This document shows positions 22,651 to 35,764 of a stretch of DNA of 64,000 bases, piece by piece. Position numbers and translations under genes: made by a program. How positions within the stretch are numbered: position 1 is the first letter of the stretch; each line of letters starts with the position of its first letter. The notes beneath the pieces were generated by a model. It was given only the letters and a program-made list of their open reading frames with translations. It had not been told where the DNA came from and searched no databases. The stretch is taken from positions 9,177,764-9,241,763 of the forward strand of contig CM082590.2 of assembly GCA_040954595.2 (NCBI GenBank), in the 5' to 3' direction. The DNA comes from Balanoglossus misakiensis (lineage: Eukaryota; Animalia; Hemichordata).

Positions 22651-24577
22651 TATTATAAAGACCACATATTTTTGTGTGTGTGCAGTTCTGATTTCTCACA
22701 AGAGTGTAGAATGTTCTGTAGTGTGGAGATGTGCTGGAAATATTTGGTCTGTAACTATGCATTATCCATTAGAACGAGGTCTGTAACTATGGCTATGGAT
22801 GGTGTACCATCCAGTTAGATGAAGTCTGTTTTGGTTGGTGATAATTGTTATATCGAAAGGGGAGGCTTTATACGTTGATAACTGTTGCAAGAGGGCGATC
22901 GTGACAATTTGACAACAGGAGAGGGTTGACTTGAACAAAAGGAGGCTTTTGCGTTGATAACTGTTGCAAGAGGGCGCTCATTAAATCTTGACAACCGTTG
23001 CCAAGGCTTTACATTTACTAAACTTGTCGATAAACCAAAGATTGAAACAACTATATTGAAACTCAACCTGCTCCTCGCCAACATAATTTGCCAGATTTGC
23101 GAGTTTAATTTTTTTAACATGACGTCTTGCTTTTCCCATCATTCATAAGTTTCTGCACAAATATGCATTGATCTCAACTTTAGTCTTCCTATACAAACAA
23201 ATATTTTTAAATAACCCTAGAGTGGCATATTGCTTTCCATATATTGATTAGAAACGCTCGCGATTGTAGTGCCTTTACTATGTTTCTCTCTAATTCAATT
23301 CCACCTTTGAGGCTCTTAGACGCAAAGCAACGTTCAATTTTTCATGAGCGCCTAAATAAGAGTGAAATGTACTCATTTTAACATTGAAAACCACGTATAC
23401 TCAGTTTTATTCCAAGCGTATTTAAAAAGTTTAGAAATATAATGTATTTTAAAATATTCGTTTCTGCAACTTTTTATGACTGTTTTGTATACATGTATGG
23501 GTTTTTGCGCACACTTTTGTGTCTTGCATATGTCCTGAAATAAAGTTATTAGATGTATTATTATTTTAATTTCATGTACATGTACCAAAGTCGATAAATA
23601 CACTTCTATAAAATGTAAAAAGTGGTGAGGGTCATGAAAATAGTACGATTTAACTAGTCTTAATTCATTACCCAAAGCTAAGGAGTCTGACCAGAATCTT
23701 GAGTATTTGTCAGACTCTTTAGCTAGGTGAAAATAATCGCATGCGCTGGCTAGTCACGTGAGACGCAGTGATCAGCGAAAAAGGAAGCATCAGCGCGTAT
23801 CACCACTAGGGGCGCACTATTGACCTTTGACCTTAAACACACGTGTAACGTTTGTTTACATGTACTTGAGTACGGAGACGTCCTAGAAGTTCGCGTATAG
23901 CCCGAAATTGCCTCAAACTTTCGCTTAGTCCACTCAACAATCGTCCGCGGTTTCTATATTGGTTGCCAAATCTTCACGCTTTGTGGTAGCAGACTGAATT
24001 CACAGGAAAACTGCGGTGAGATTCTATTTTTGCATCATTTGTTGATGTTGTTGACATTGCGAAGCTGCGCTAGCGCTATAGGGCATCCAACAAGAGCATA
24101 CTTGTATAGTAGTCGGTATAAAATCACACAGCCCGGCCCTGTCGATCAGAGATAAGGTTTAACGTAGCTGTCCAGCCTTCAGGGTTCGAAGGGACCTGTC
24201 CGGTTATGCCCACAGGGCCCTCAAGTCAACCACTCGAAGCCCTACACTGATTACAACTGTTTACAATCTAGGGCTTCTTGTGGTTACGCCCACTTCACTC
24301 CTATAACAACACACTGTTGTTGTTTGAGTGAACGCATCAGAAATCCGTCATGTACTCCAATCCGCTGTCAGAACAGCTGATTCCTAAATCGTCGATAGCC
24401 AGATAATGTCAGTGCGCGATAGTTTTTGGTTCTAAAATTACCTATGTTAATCGCCTGATTGTCAATGTAGGTTTCATTGATATTGTTCGTTTCATTCTCA
24501 TACAAGTTTTGGTGCGTGCAAATGTGGAAATCCCATTTCTTATGTATATTATATATACAAATGGACCTTTTGGTGAA

Positions 24578-27500
24578 AAGGAAAATTCCTGACTTTGCGA
24601 ACTTTGGTGAAATTGTGATTTGTGGACATTTTTCATGGGTTATAGCTCATGAAAATTGTCAGGACAGGAAAAACTCACAACTTTGCAAACTTTGGTGAAA
24701 TTGTGATCTGGGGACACATTTCATGGGTTATAGCTCATGAAAATTGTCAGAGCAGGAAAAACTCACAACTTTGCAAACTTTGGTGAAATTGTGATTTGGG
24801 GACATTTTTCATGGGTTATAGCTCATGAAAATTGCCAGGACAGGAAAAACTCACAACTTTGCAAACTTTGGTGAAATTGTGATCTGGGGACACATTTCAT
24901 GGGTTATAGCTCATGAAAATTGCCAGGACAGGAAAAACTCACAACTTTGCAAACTTTGGTGAAATTGTGATTTGGGGACATTTTTCATGGGTTATAGCTC
25001 ATGAAAATTGTCAGGACAGGAAAAACTCACAACTTTGCAAACTTTGGTGAAATTGTGATCTGGGGACATTTTTCATGGGTTATAGCTCATGAAAATTGTC
25101 AGAACAGGAAAAACTCCCGACTTCGCAAAATTTGGTGAAATAGTGATCTGGGGACATATTTCATGGGTTATAGCTCATTAAAATTGTCAGGATAGGAAAA
25201 ATTCCCAACGTTGCAAACTTTGGTGAAATTGTGATCTGGGGACATTTTTCATGGGTTATAGCTCATTAAAATTGTCAGGACAGGAAAAATTCCCAACTTT
25301 GCAAACTTTGGTGAAATTGTGATCTGGGGACAGTTTTCATGGGTTATAGCTTATGAAAATTGTCAGGACAGAAAAAACTCACAACTTTGCAAACTTTGGT
25401 GAAATTGTGATCTGGGGACATATTTCATGGGTTATAGCTCATTAAAATTGTCAGGATAGGAAAAATCCCAAATGTTGCAAACTTTGGTGAAATTGTGATC
25501 TGGGGACATTTTTCATGGGTTATAGCTCATTGAAATTGTCAGGACAGGAAAAATTCCCAACTTTGCAAACTTTGGTGAAATTGTGATCTGGGGACATATT
25601 TCATGGGTTATAGCTCATTAAAATTGTCAGGATAGGAAAAATTCCCAACTTTGCAAACTTTGGTGAAATTGTGATCTGGGGACATATTTCATGGGTTATA
25701 GCTCATTAAAATTGTCAGGACAGGAAAAATTCCCAACTTTGCAAACTTTGGTGAAATTGTGATCTGGGGACATTTTTCAAGGGCTATAGCTCATGAAAAT
25801 TGTCAGGACAGGAAAAATCCCAAATGTTGCAAACTTTGGTGAAATTGTGATCTGGGGACATTTTTCAAGGGCTATAGCTCATGAAAATTGTCAGGACAGG
25901 AAAAATTCCCAACTTTGCAAACTTTGGTGAAATTGTGATCTGGGGACATATTTCATGGGTTATAGCTCATTAAAATTGTCAGGATAGGAAAAATCCCAAA
26001 TGTTGCAAACTTTGGTGAAATTGTGATCTGGGGACATTTTTCAAGGGCTATAGCTCATTGAAATTGTCAGGACAGGAAAAATTCCCAACTTTACAAACTT
26101 TGGTGAGATTGTGATCTGGGGACATATTTCATGGGTTATAGCTCATTGAAATTGTCAGGATAGGAAAAATTCCCAACGTTGCAAACTTTGGTGAAATTGT
26201 GACTTGGGGACATATTTCATGGGTGAAAATTGTCAGAACAGGAAAAATTCCCAACATTGCAAACTTTGGTGAGATTGTGATCTGGGGACATTTTTCATGG
26301 GCTATAGCTCATAAAAATTGTCAGGATAGGAAAAATTCCCAACTTTGCAAACTTTGGTGAAATTGTGACTTGGGGACATATTTCATGGGTGAAAATTGTC
26401 AGAACAGGAAAAATTCCCAACATTGCAAACTTTGGTGAGATTGTGATCTGGGGACATTTTTCATGGGCTATAGCTCATAAAAATTGTCAGGATAGGAAAA
26501 ATTCCCAACTTTGCAAACTTTGGTGAAATTGTGACTTGGGGACATATTTCATGGGTTATAGCTCATGAAAATTGTCAGGATAGGAAAAATTCCCAACTTT
26601 GAAAACTTTGGTGAAATTGTGACTTGGGGACATATTTCATGGGTGATAGCTCATGAAAATTGTCAGGATAGGAAAAATTCCCAACTTTGCAAACTTTGGT
26701 GAAATTGTGACTTGGGGACATATTTCATGGGTTATAGCTCATGAAAATTGTCAGGATAGGAAAAATTCCCAACTTTGAAAACTTTGGTGAAATTGTGACT
26801 TGGGGACATATTTCATGGGTTATAGCTCATGAAAATTGTCAGGATAGGAAAAATTCCCAACTTTGAAAACTTTGGTGAAATTGTGACTTGGGGACATATT
26901 TCATGGGTTATAGCTCATGAAAATTGTCAGGATAGGAAAAATTCCCAACTTTGCAAACTTTGGTGAAATTGTGACTTGGGGACATATTTCATGGGTTATA
27001 GCTCATGAAAATTGTCAGGATAGGAAAAATTCCCAACTTTGCAAACTTTGGTGAAATTGTGACTTGGGGACATATTTCATGGGCTATAGCTCATAAAAAT
27101 TGTCAGGATAGGAAAAATTCCCAACTTTGCAAACTTTGGTGAAATTGTGACTTGGGGACATATTTCATGGGTTATAGCTCATGAAAATTGTCAGGATAGG
27201 AAAAATTCCCAACTTTGCAAACTTTGGTGAAATTGTGACTTGGGGACATATTTCATGGGTTATAGCTTATGAAAATTGTCAGGATAGGAAAAATTCCCAA
27301 CTTTGCAAACTTTGGTGAAATTGTGACTTGGGGACATATTTCATGGGTGAAAATTGTCAGAACAGGAAAAATTCCCAACATTGCAAACTTTGGTGAGATT
27401 GTGATCTGGGGACATTTTTCATGGGCTATAGCTCATAAAAATTGTCAGGATAGGAAAAATTCCCAACTTTGCAAACTTTGGTGAAATTGTGACTTGGGGA

Positions 27501-29020
27501 CATATTTCATGGGTTATAGCTCATGAAAATTGTCAGAACAGGAAAAATTCCCAACATTGCAAACTTTGGTGAGATTGTGATCTGGGGACACATTTCATGG
27601 GTTATAGCTCATGAAAATTGTCAGAGCAGGAAAAACTCACTACTTTGCAAACTTTGGTGAAATTTTGATTTGGGGACATTTTTCATGGGTTATAGCTCAT
27701 GAAAATTGCCAGGACAGGAAAAACTCACAACTTTGCAAACTTTGGTGAAATTGTGATCTGGGGACACATTTCATGGGTTATAGCTCATGAAAATTGTGAG
27801 AACAGGAAAAATTCCCAACGTTGCAAACTTTGGTGAGATTGTGATCTGGGGACATATTTCATGGGTTATAGCTCATGAAAATTGTGAGAACAGGAAAAAT
27901 TCCCAACGTTGCAAACTTTGGTGAAATTGTGACTTGGGGACATATTTCATGGGTTATAGCTCATGAAAATTGCCAGGACAGGAAAAACTCACAACTTTGC
28001 AAACTTTGGTGAAATTGTGATCTGGGGACACATTTCATGGGTTATAGCTCATGAAAATTGTCAGAACAGGAAAAATTCCCAACATTGCAAACTTTGGTGA
28101 GATTGTGATCTGGGGACATTTTTCATGGGTTATAGCTCATGAAAATTGCCAGGACAGGAAAAACTCCCAACTTTGCAAACTTTGGTGAAATTGTGATCTG
28201 GGGACACATTTCATGGGTTATAGCTCATGAAAATTGTCAGAACAGGAAAAATTCCCAACATTGCAAACTTTGGTGAGATTGTGATCTGGGGACATTTTTC
28301 ATGGGTTATAGCTCATGAAAATTGTCAGAAAAGGAAAAATTCCCAACATTGCAAACTTTGGTGAGATTGTGATCTGGGGACATTTTTCGTGGGTTATACC
28401 TCATGAAAATTGTGAGAACAGGAAAAATTCCCAACGTTGCAAACTTTGGTGAGATTGCGATCTGGGGACATTTTTCATGGGTTATAGCTCATAAAAATTG
28501 TCAGGATAGGAAAAATTCCCAACTTTGCAAACTTTGGTGAAATTGTGACTTGGGGACATATTTCATGGGTGAAAATTGTCAGAACAGGAAAAATTCCCAA
28601 CATTGCAAACTTTGGTGAGATTGTGATCTGGGGACATATTTCATGGGCAATAGCTCATGAAAATTGTCAGAACAGGAAAAATTCCCAACGTTGCAAACTT
28701 TGGTGAGATTGTGATCTGGGGACATTTTTCATGGGCAATAGCTCATGAAAATTGTCAGAACAGGAAAAATTCCCAACATTGCAAACTTTGGTGAGATTGT
28801 GATCTGGGGACACATTTCATGGGTTATAGCTCATGAAAATTGTGAGAACAGGAAAAATTCCCAACGTTGCAAACTTTGGTGAGATTGTGATCTGGGGACA
28901 TTTTTCATGGGTTATAATCTCATAAAAATTGTCAGGACAGGAAAAATTCCCAACTTTGCAAACTTTGGTGAAATTGTGATCTGGGGACATATTTCATGGG
29001 TTATAGCTCATGAAAATTGT
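24578..29020. repeat. 88-bp satellite array, about 50 copies, with occasional 78-bp deletion variants
   Basis: Unit GAAAATTGTCAGGACAGGAAAAATTCCCAACTTTGCAAACTTTGGTGAAATTGTGATCTGGGGACATTTTTCATGGGTTATAGCTCAT; period 24651 to 24739. Confidence 0.97.
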
Positions 29021-29423
29021 CGTAAAAGAAAATACAGCCAGATAAACAGGGCTGAAATGTCAAAACTTATAAGGCTAGGACCCCAATGTTCTGCTGAGGT
29101 TGTTAATAAAGTGGGCAAATGCTCTCTGGAGGTTTAAATTTTTAGGACATTTTGGAAAAAAATGAGGTCAATCATACCAAATCTCATGATATACGCAAAT
29201 ATAGATCTATCGCTAACATTTAAGAAAAAATTTAACAGTGTTTTGGAGTAATGAGCCATTGAAAACTTTTACGTCAACCAAATTTGTTCAGAAAATTGTT
29301 TATGGTGAAACAATTTCCAGCTTCATAAATTAAAAAAATATTTATACAGGATGACGTAAAAACCTAACTCCAGACTAAGAACAATGTTTCTGTTCGATTT
29401 GTTTAAGTGCTGGGCCAATAGAT

Positions 29424-32400
29424 GTAGATATTATTTCAAAATCTAACTGTATGTTAGCAATAGCTGAGGCCAAGTTTACATATGAAAGCATATGTACACT
29501 GACTATGCAGCGACTGTGTTGATCCTTCAGTATAGACTTACTTTCTTGTCGTTTTTCATAACTTTTGCAACTGTGTAGCCAGACCAAAAATTGCGAACAT
29601 GATTTCTACCATCCTAGCCCCTCTCGTAATCGTGTTTTTACTATTTAAACATTCAAACAAGAAGTATCCGGTCAAATTTTCTATCATCCAAAAAGCTTTG
29701 ACGTATACGCTGTCCATTGTTTATCAATGTCCACAGTGACACACCCCCTTTATTTCTCCGTGTCAATACTCACGAAAACTCGCTATTTAAGTCAGACCGA
29801 AGTTGAAAATGTGTGCGAAATTATCACCATTCAGTTCGTTTTGATTTAAAGAAGACTTTAAATAAAAAAAATGGGGAAATCGAGAGAGATTTGAGCAAAC
29901 GGCGACGCGTTCTTTCATACTTGTGAGTGACCGTGTTTATTTCATTGGCGTCCGTTGATACTCATGTTGAAAATCCACGTGTTTAAAGTCACTTTCATTC
30001 GAAATATTTCTGGTTCTTGACCCTATATTTTGTGTAAAAGTTAGGCCCATGCAATAATCAGTTAGAAAAGTGTATAGACTAAGGGCTGGAGTACTTTGCC
30101 GTTTCTGTAATCGAAATTTAATGTGCCGCTGTTTGCGTGTTGATATCGGCGACTGACTCTGTCTCCATAGGATTACACGCGTCCACCGTCGCTGATCATC
30201 AGCGCCTTTCGCCGATTGAAGTGAAATTTCCTGTAGGAATTAATGTTTCCCTAAGATTTTTCCTGAACTACAATATGGCCCGATATGTATACACTTCATG
30301 TAACTTAAAGTACAAGCTCTAGCAACTTCTCCAGAAATGTAATCGCTGGTTTTCTGTGTGTGATGTTGGTTTCCCGACTTAGCGTATTTCAATGCGCGGT
30401 GTCCATTGTTTATCAATGTCCACAGTGACACGCCCCCTTTACTTACCAGTGGCAATACTCACGGAAACTCGCTATTTAAGTCAGACCGAAGTTTAAAATG
30501 TGTGCGAAATTATCACCAATCGCTTTGTCTTGATTTAAAGGGGACTTAAAAGCAAAATCTGGCGAAATCGACGAAGATTTGAGCAATCGGTGACGCGTTC
30601 CTTCGACCTCTCGTCAGCGGCCGTGTTCCTATCATGAACGTCCATGATACTGTTCTTGAAAATCCACGGTTTTAAAATCACTTTCACTAAAAGAAAAATC
30701 CGGTTCCTGACTCTATTTTTGTGTGTCAAAGTCATGTCCATGCAATAATCATTTAGAAAAATGTATAGACTAAGGGTTAGAGTACTTTGTCGTTTCTGTA
30801 AATCGAAATTTAATGTGCCACTGTTTGCGTGTTGATATCGGCGACTGACTCTGTCTCCATAGGATTACACGCGTCCACCGTCGCTGATCATCAGCGCCTA
30901 TCGCCGATTGAAGTGAAATTTCCTGTAGAAACCAATGTTTCCCTAAGATTTTTCCTGCACTACAATATGGCCTGATATGTATACACTTCATGTAACTTAA
31001 AGTACAAGCTCTAGCAACTTCTCCAGAAATGTAATCGCCGGTTTTCTGTGTGTGATGTTGGTTTCCCGACTTAGCGTATTTCAATATACGCGGTGTCCAT
31101 TGTTTATCAATGTCCACAGTGGCACGCCCCTTTACTTACCAGTGGCAATACTCAAGAAAACTCGCTGTTTAATTCAGATCGAAGTTGTAAATGTCTGTAA
31201 AATTATCACCATTTAGATCGTTTTGATTTAAAGATAACTTAAAAGCAAAATCTGGCGAAATCGACGAATATTTGAGCAATCGGTGACGCGTTCTTTCGAC
31301 CTCTCGTCAGCGGCCGTGTTCCTATCATGGACGTCCATGATACTGTTGTTGAAAATCCACGTTTTAAAAATCACTTTCACTCAAAAAATTTCCGGATCCT
31401 GACTCTATTTTCTGTGTCAAAGTAAGGCCCCTGCAATAATCATTTAGAAAAGTGTATAAACTAAGGGCTAGAGTACTTTGCCATTTCTGTAAATCGAAAT
31501 TTAATGTGCCACTGTTTGCGTGTTGATATCGGCGACTGACTCTGTCTCCATAGGATTACACGCGTCCACCGTCGCTGATCATCAGCGCCTATCGCCGATT
31601 GAAGTGAAATTTCCTGTAGAAACCAATGTTTCCCTAAGATTTTTCCTGAACTACAATATGGCCCTATATGTATACACTTCATGTAACTTAAAGTACAGGC
31701 TGTAGCAACTTCTCCAGAAATGTAGATATTAATTCAAAATCTAACTGTATGTGCTGGGTTGCTCAGCAATAGCTGAAGCCAAGCGCTGTATGTTGTCATT
31801 TACATATGAAAGCATATGTACACTGACCATGCAGCGACTGTGTTGATCCTTCAGTATAGACTTACTTTCTTGTCGTTTTTCATAACTTTTGCAACTGTGT
31901 AGCCAGACCAAAGTTTGCTGACATGATTTCTAACATGCTAGCCCTTCTAGTAACCGTGTTTTTACTATTTAAACATTCAAACAAGAAGTATCCGGTCAAA
32001 TTTTCTACCATCATAATGGATTGTAAATAGAAATTGACACGAGGTCACCCGTAGACGCATGGAGGTACCCCCATGATAAACGCGACTCGCGGAGATAAAC
32101 AGTGAGTATTTTCAATGTTACAGTGAATGTGTGGTACGATTTATATTGCCGTTGCAAAGAGAAACTGTCAGAAAACAGAACAGCATGACACAGACGTTTA
32201 CAATCGTGAAAGTAAAAGAGAGAAGGACCTTTGAAGTTTTCCGAAATCTCTGTCATTGACGCCATTGTTGTTTACGCGTATACGCTGTCCATTGTTTATC
32301 AATGTCCATAGTGACACGCCCCCCTTTTATACCAGTGGCAATACTCACGAAAACTCGCTGTTTAATTCAGACAGAACTCGTAAATGTTTACGCAGTTATC

Positions 32401-32720
32401 ACTATTCGATTTGTTTTGATGTAAAGAAGTTCGGTAAGCAAAAACTGAGAAAATCGACAGAGTACTTCGCCAATTCTGCCACTGTTTACGTATTGATAGC
32501 GGCGGTCGACTCTGTCTCCATAGGATTACACGCGTCCACCGTCGCTGATCATCAGCGCCGATCGCTGATTGAAGTGAAATTTCCAGTAGAATCTAAAGAT
32601 TTATTGTAGACTACATATAGCCCTATGTGTATACGCTTTATTGTTGCTAAAGTACAAGATCTAGCCACTTCTCCAGAAATGTAATCTCTGTTTTTCGCGA
32701 GTGTTGGATGCCCTATACTT
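29424..32720. repeat. Compound repeat: ~690-bp unit x3 plus a diverged partial fourth, with a duplicated ~270-bp block (29424-29690 and 31722-32010)
   Basis: TGTCCATTGTTTATCAATGTCCA recurs at ~29711, 30400, 31094 and 32286. Confidence 0.9.
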
Positions 32721-33337
32721 AGCGTGTTTACTTCCGTGTTGTCAATTTCAGTGGAGGTGATAGTTGGTGCGCATGCGCAGTACAAAGACGTACTTAGTGA
32801 TAGACGCTTTCCCACGTGTGTTGGTTGCCCTATACTTTAGCATGTTAGTTGATACGCATGCGCAGTGTATAGATAGACTTAGTGTTAGATGTATTCAAAG
32901 TTTTCCCTGAAGTTGTAACTCACTTTAGCTTTGTTATTTCGCGTAGTTTTCTGTTTAAGAGGCTTTTCTAGAGTTTAAGCCGGTCTGTTGAAAGCTAACG
33001 TGTAGAATACCTGTTATTTTGAGCAGTGTTTGTTCATTTTTCGATTTTTACTGATTTTATTATGATGTGTGACTGTACTTTATTTCCTTTATCAGTGAAT
33101 GAGATTAAATTCTATAAAATGGAATTTCATTGTCACATTGTGCATTTCTTAGCTTGTTGTGTAAACGATGATTTTACTTTTACAATCTGAAAAAAGAGTA
33201 CAGTAAACATAGAATTTGTGTGTTTTTCCAGATTGTAAATTTTAAAATCTCTTACATTACAAGAGCAATGCTTATGGTATGAAGAGAGTGAGTGTTTTGT
33301 TTGTCTGATTTGAATTTATTTTTATTCTAGATGAAAT

Positions 33338-33983
33338 TTATCAGTAGCCCTTTACACCGTGTGTTCTGTACTTTTACAGCGCAACCTTTAATTTTGCAAT
33401 TTTTCACATTTTCATTGCTTTAGCTGTTAAAATAATGGAAAATCCATTGTTTTAAGCAAACCAGCCAATTCCTTCAAAATTACAGATATTTTCATCATTA
33501 CCAAAAACTCCAATTCTTTCAAAATTACAGGTATTTCCATTATTTTTACCAAAAATCAAATTCCGTTAACATTTTTTTGATCAAAATAGGCATCTCTTTC
33601 ACAAAAATAGGCATTTCTTACCAAATTTAATGTTTTTTTCATAATTTTATCCGAAATAGCTATTTCTTCAACCGAAATAGCCGTTTTTTCCAAAATTACA
33701 TGTATTTATCCTTATTTTCACCAAAAAAGCCATTTCGATCACTAAAATACCCATTTCTTACAAATTAAAGGGCAGTTTAACCATTAAAGTTCCAAATTTA
33801 CATGCCTTTTCCACTATTTTCCCCAAAATAGCCATTTTGATCACTAAAATACCCATTTCTTTCAAATTTAAGGTCATTTCAACCATTTTAACAGCTAAAA
33901 GCAATGCGAATGATGTAAAAAGTTGTAAAATTACTGGTTGCACTGTAAAAAGTACAGTAAAATGCAGTACACACACGCTGATA
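33338..33983. mobile_element. Foldback/MITE-like element with ~100-bp imperfect TIRs and an AT-rich degenerate tandem interior
   Basis: TTATCAG...CTGTACTTTTACAGCGCAAC...CATTGCTTTAGCTGTTAAAA is mirrored by TTTTAACAGCTAAAAGCAATG...GTTGCACTGTAAAAAGTACAG...CTGATAA. Confidence 0.7.
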
Positions 33984-34369
33984 AAGGAGCAACTGACAAA
34001 TTTCATCGATAAAAAAAAAAAATCACCAGAAAAAAATTTGAAATCGGCAAAAAAAAGGCGGAAAAAATATTTTTGGGAAAAATTTTTGTCTCTCGCCCTT
34101 TTCTCTCCTCCTCATCTTGTCTCCCCCCCTTCTTCCTCCTCCTCATCTTGTCTCCCTCCCTCCCATTCTTCCTACCTGTTGCATGCCCCCCTCCCTGTGT
34201 CTCCCCTCGTTGCATGGCCTCCCCCCTCTATCTATCCCCGGTGTATGATCTCCCCCCCCCTTTGATTGACCCCTGATGCATGACCCCTCCCCTATGTTTT
34301 GACTTACCTGCAAATCTTCATCCTGTGTCCAAGTTCCATCCACGTCCAGTCTTCTCCATATGCACCATG

Positions 34370-34441
34370 TCCTCCAGCGGGTCTTGATCTCGCGTCCTTC
34401 CACTTGCTAGTCACTTACCTTGACCACTAGGCCACGGAGCT
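34370..34441 (-). ncRNA. tRNA-derived Pol III cassette 1 (non-canonical; anticodon-position triplet AGC)
   Basis: A box TGGCCTAGTGG, B-box-like GAGATCAAGACC, partial acceptor stem CTCCG/TGGAG, TATA-like sequence ~25-30 nt upstream. Confidence 0.5.
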
Positions 34442-34664
34442 GCATGCAAACATATGCTCGGAACTTCTATATATTGGTCACATCACTTACTAATAACCTA
34501 GGAAAAGGATTTAGAGCCAATTTTTCGATAAAAAAATGTTTTTTACAGCTTTTAATGCATGGTAGAGTAAATAAAAAGAGAATATTCCTGTTTAAAGAGA
34601 GAAAAAAAGGAAAAAAAAGTGGATCAAAGTACCAAGTACTTGGCCATTGGTTGAAAAAAAGGCC

Positions 34665-34735
34665 ATCCTAACCGGGGCTCGAACCCGGGTCCGCCGCATG
34701 GCAGTCCATGGCCCTGACTACTAGGCCACGCTAAT
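34665..34735 (-). ncRNA. tRNA-derived Pol III cassette 2 (Gly/Asp-like; triplet GCC)
   Basis: A box TGGCCTAGTAG, T arm CCGGG-TTCGAGC-CCCGG, T7 terminator a few nt downstream; acceptor and anticodon stems are broken. Confidence 0.65.
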
Positions 34736-35201
34736 GTTTGTATGGATGATCAAACAACAAAGTTATCAATGCCACAACGTAATTGTATGTAAACAAGATG
34801 GCTCGATCTCGTAAAAGCAAGTACTTTTCGCCTTGCTAAAAGAAGACTGAGCTTGTTTTCGGTCAATACTGTTGGCGGTAACGTTAATTCGATAGAAAGA
34901 TGTTCATAGTTTATACTTTACTGTCGAAAACACGCATTTTTCTAAGGGCTTTAGCGCGCCTGTGTTTGGGTCAAGTCACACGTCACGGAAGGCTAAAGGT
35001 CATGCACAGCGCTCTCTAGAGACGGTATCGACAATTAGTCAGTCACATGACAGTCGCATGTAAATATACTGTATACGTAATCCAGGTGCAATGACGTCAC
35101 GGGGAAAAAGGGGAGGAATATGAGACTATAATGAGCGTCTTCCTAGTCACGTGAGACGCAGTGGTCATCGACATCAATCTACCATAGAAAAAAATAAATA
35201 A

Positions 35202-35273
35202 ATCCCTGCCGGGAATCGAACCCGGGACCTCTCGCACCGTAGCCAATCGCTCTAGCCAATACGCCACACAGTC
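35202..35273 (-). ncRNA. tRNA-derived Pol III cassette 3 (Arg/Pro-like; triplet ACG)
   Basis: A box TGGCGTATTGG, GTGCGAGAGGTCCCGGGTTCGATTCCCGG, T-run terminator, two ATTTGCAT octamers upstream. Confidence 0.7.
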
Positions 35274-35692
35274 ATTTGCATAATTTGCATGAATACTAAG
35301 ATATATCCTATAGACTATGCTCTTGGTGGTTTACTTAAGTTATTTTCGGCACGCTACGATGAGAACGGGCTTATTTACGGCCCGTAACTTCCATGGTAGA
35401 ATAAACTCGATAGAAAGATGTCTGTACTTTGTGCGATACTATCAAAAAAACTTATTTCTAAGGGCGCTATCGCGACTAGTGCTTGGCCAACGCAACACGT
35501 ACACACAACCGATCTGGAGACGCTATTTACAATTAGTCGGTCACATGACTGTCGCATGTAAATGTTCTGTAATCGAGGGGCAATGACGGCTCGAGGGGAA
35601 AAGGGGAGGAATATGAGACCATGATGAGCGTCTCCTTAGTCACGTGAGATGCAGTGGTCATCGACATCAGTCTACTTTAGAAAATAAAAAGA

Positions 35693-35764
35693 ATCCCTTA
35701 CGGGATTCGAACTCGGGACCTCTCGCACCGTAGCCAATCACTTTAGCCACTACGCCACATAGAC
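35693..35764 (-). ncRNA. tRNA-derived Pol III cassette 4 (triplet ACG)
   Basis: Paralogue of cassette 3, 491 bp away; B box GAGTTCGAATCC; T-run terminator. Confidence 0.65.

Noticed and set aside
24578-29020. CRISPR-like array
   Set aside because: Contiguous 88-bp units with no unique spacers, no cas genes, and a eukaryotic context.
30137-32815. Repeated short ORFs in the 690-bp units (likewise 39574-41027 in the 490-bp units)
   Set aside because: No recognisable domains, frames not preserved across copies, and no splice support.
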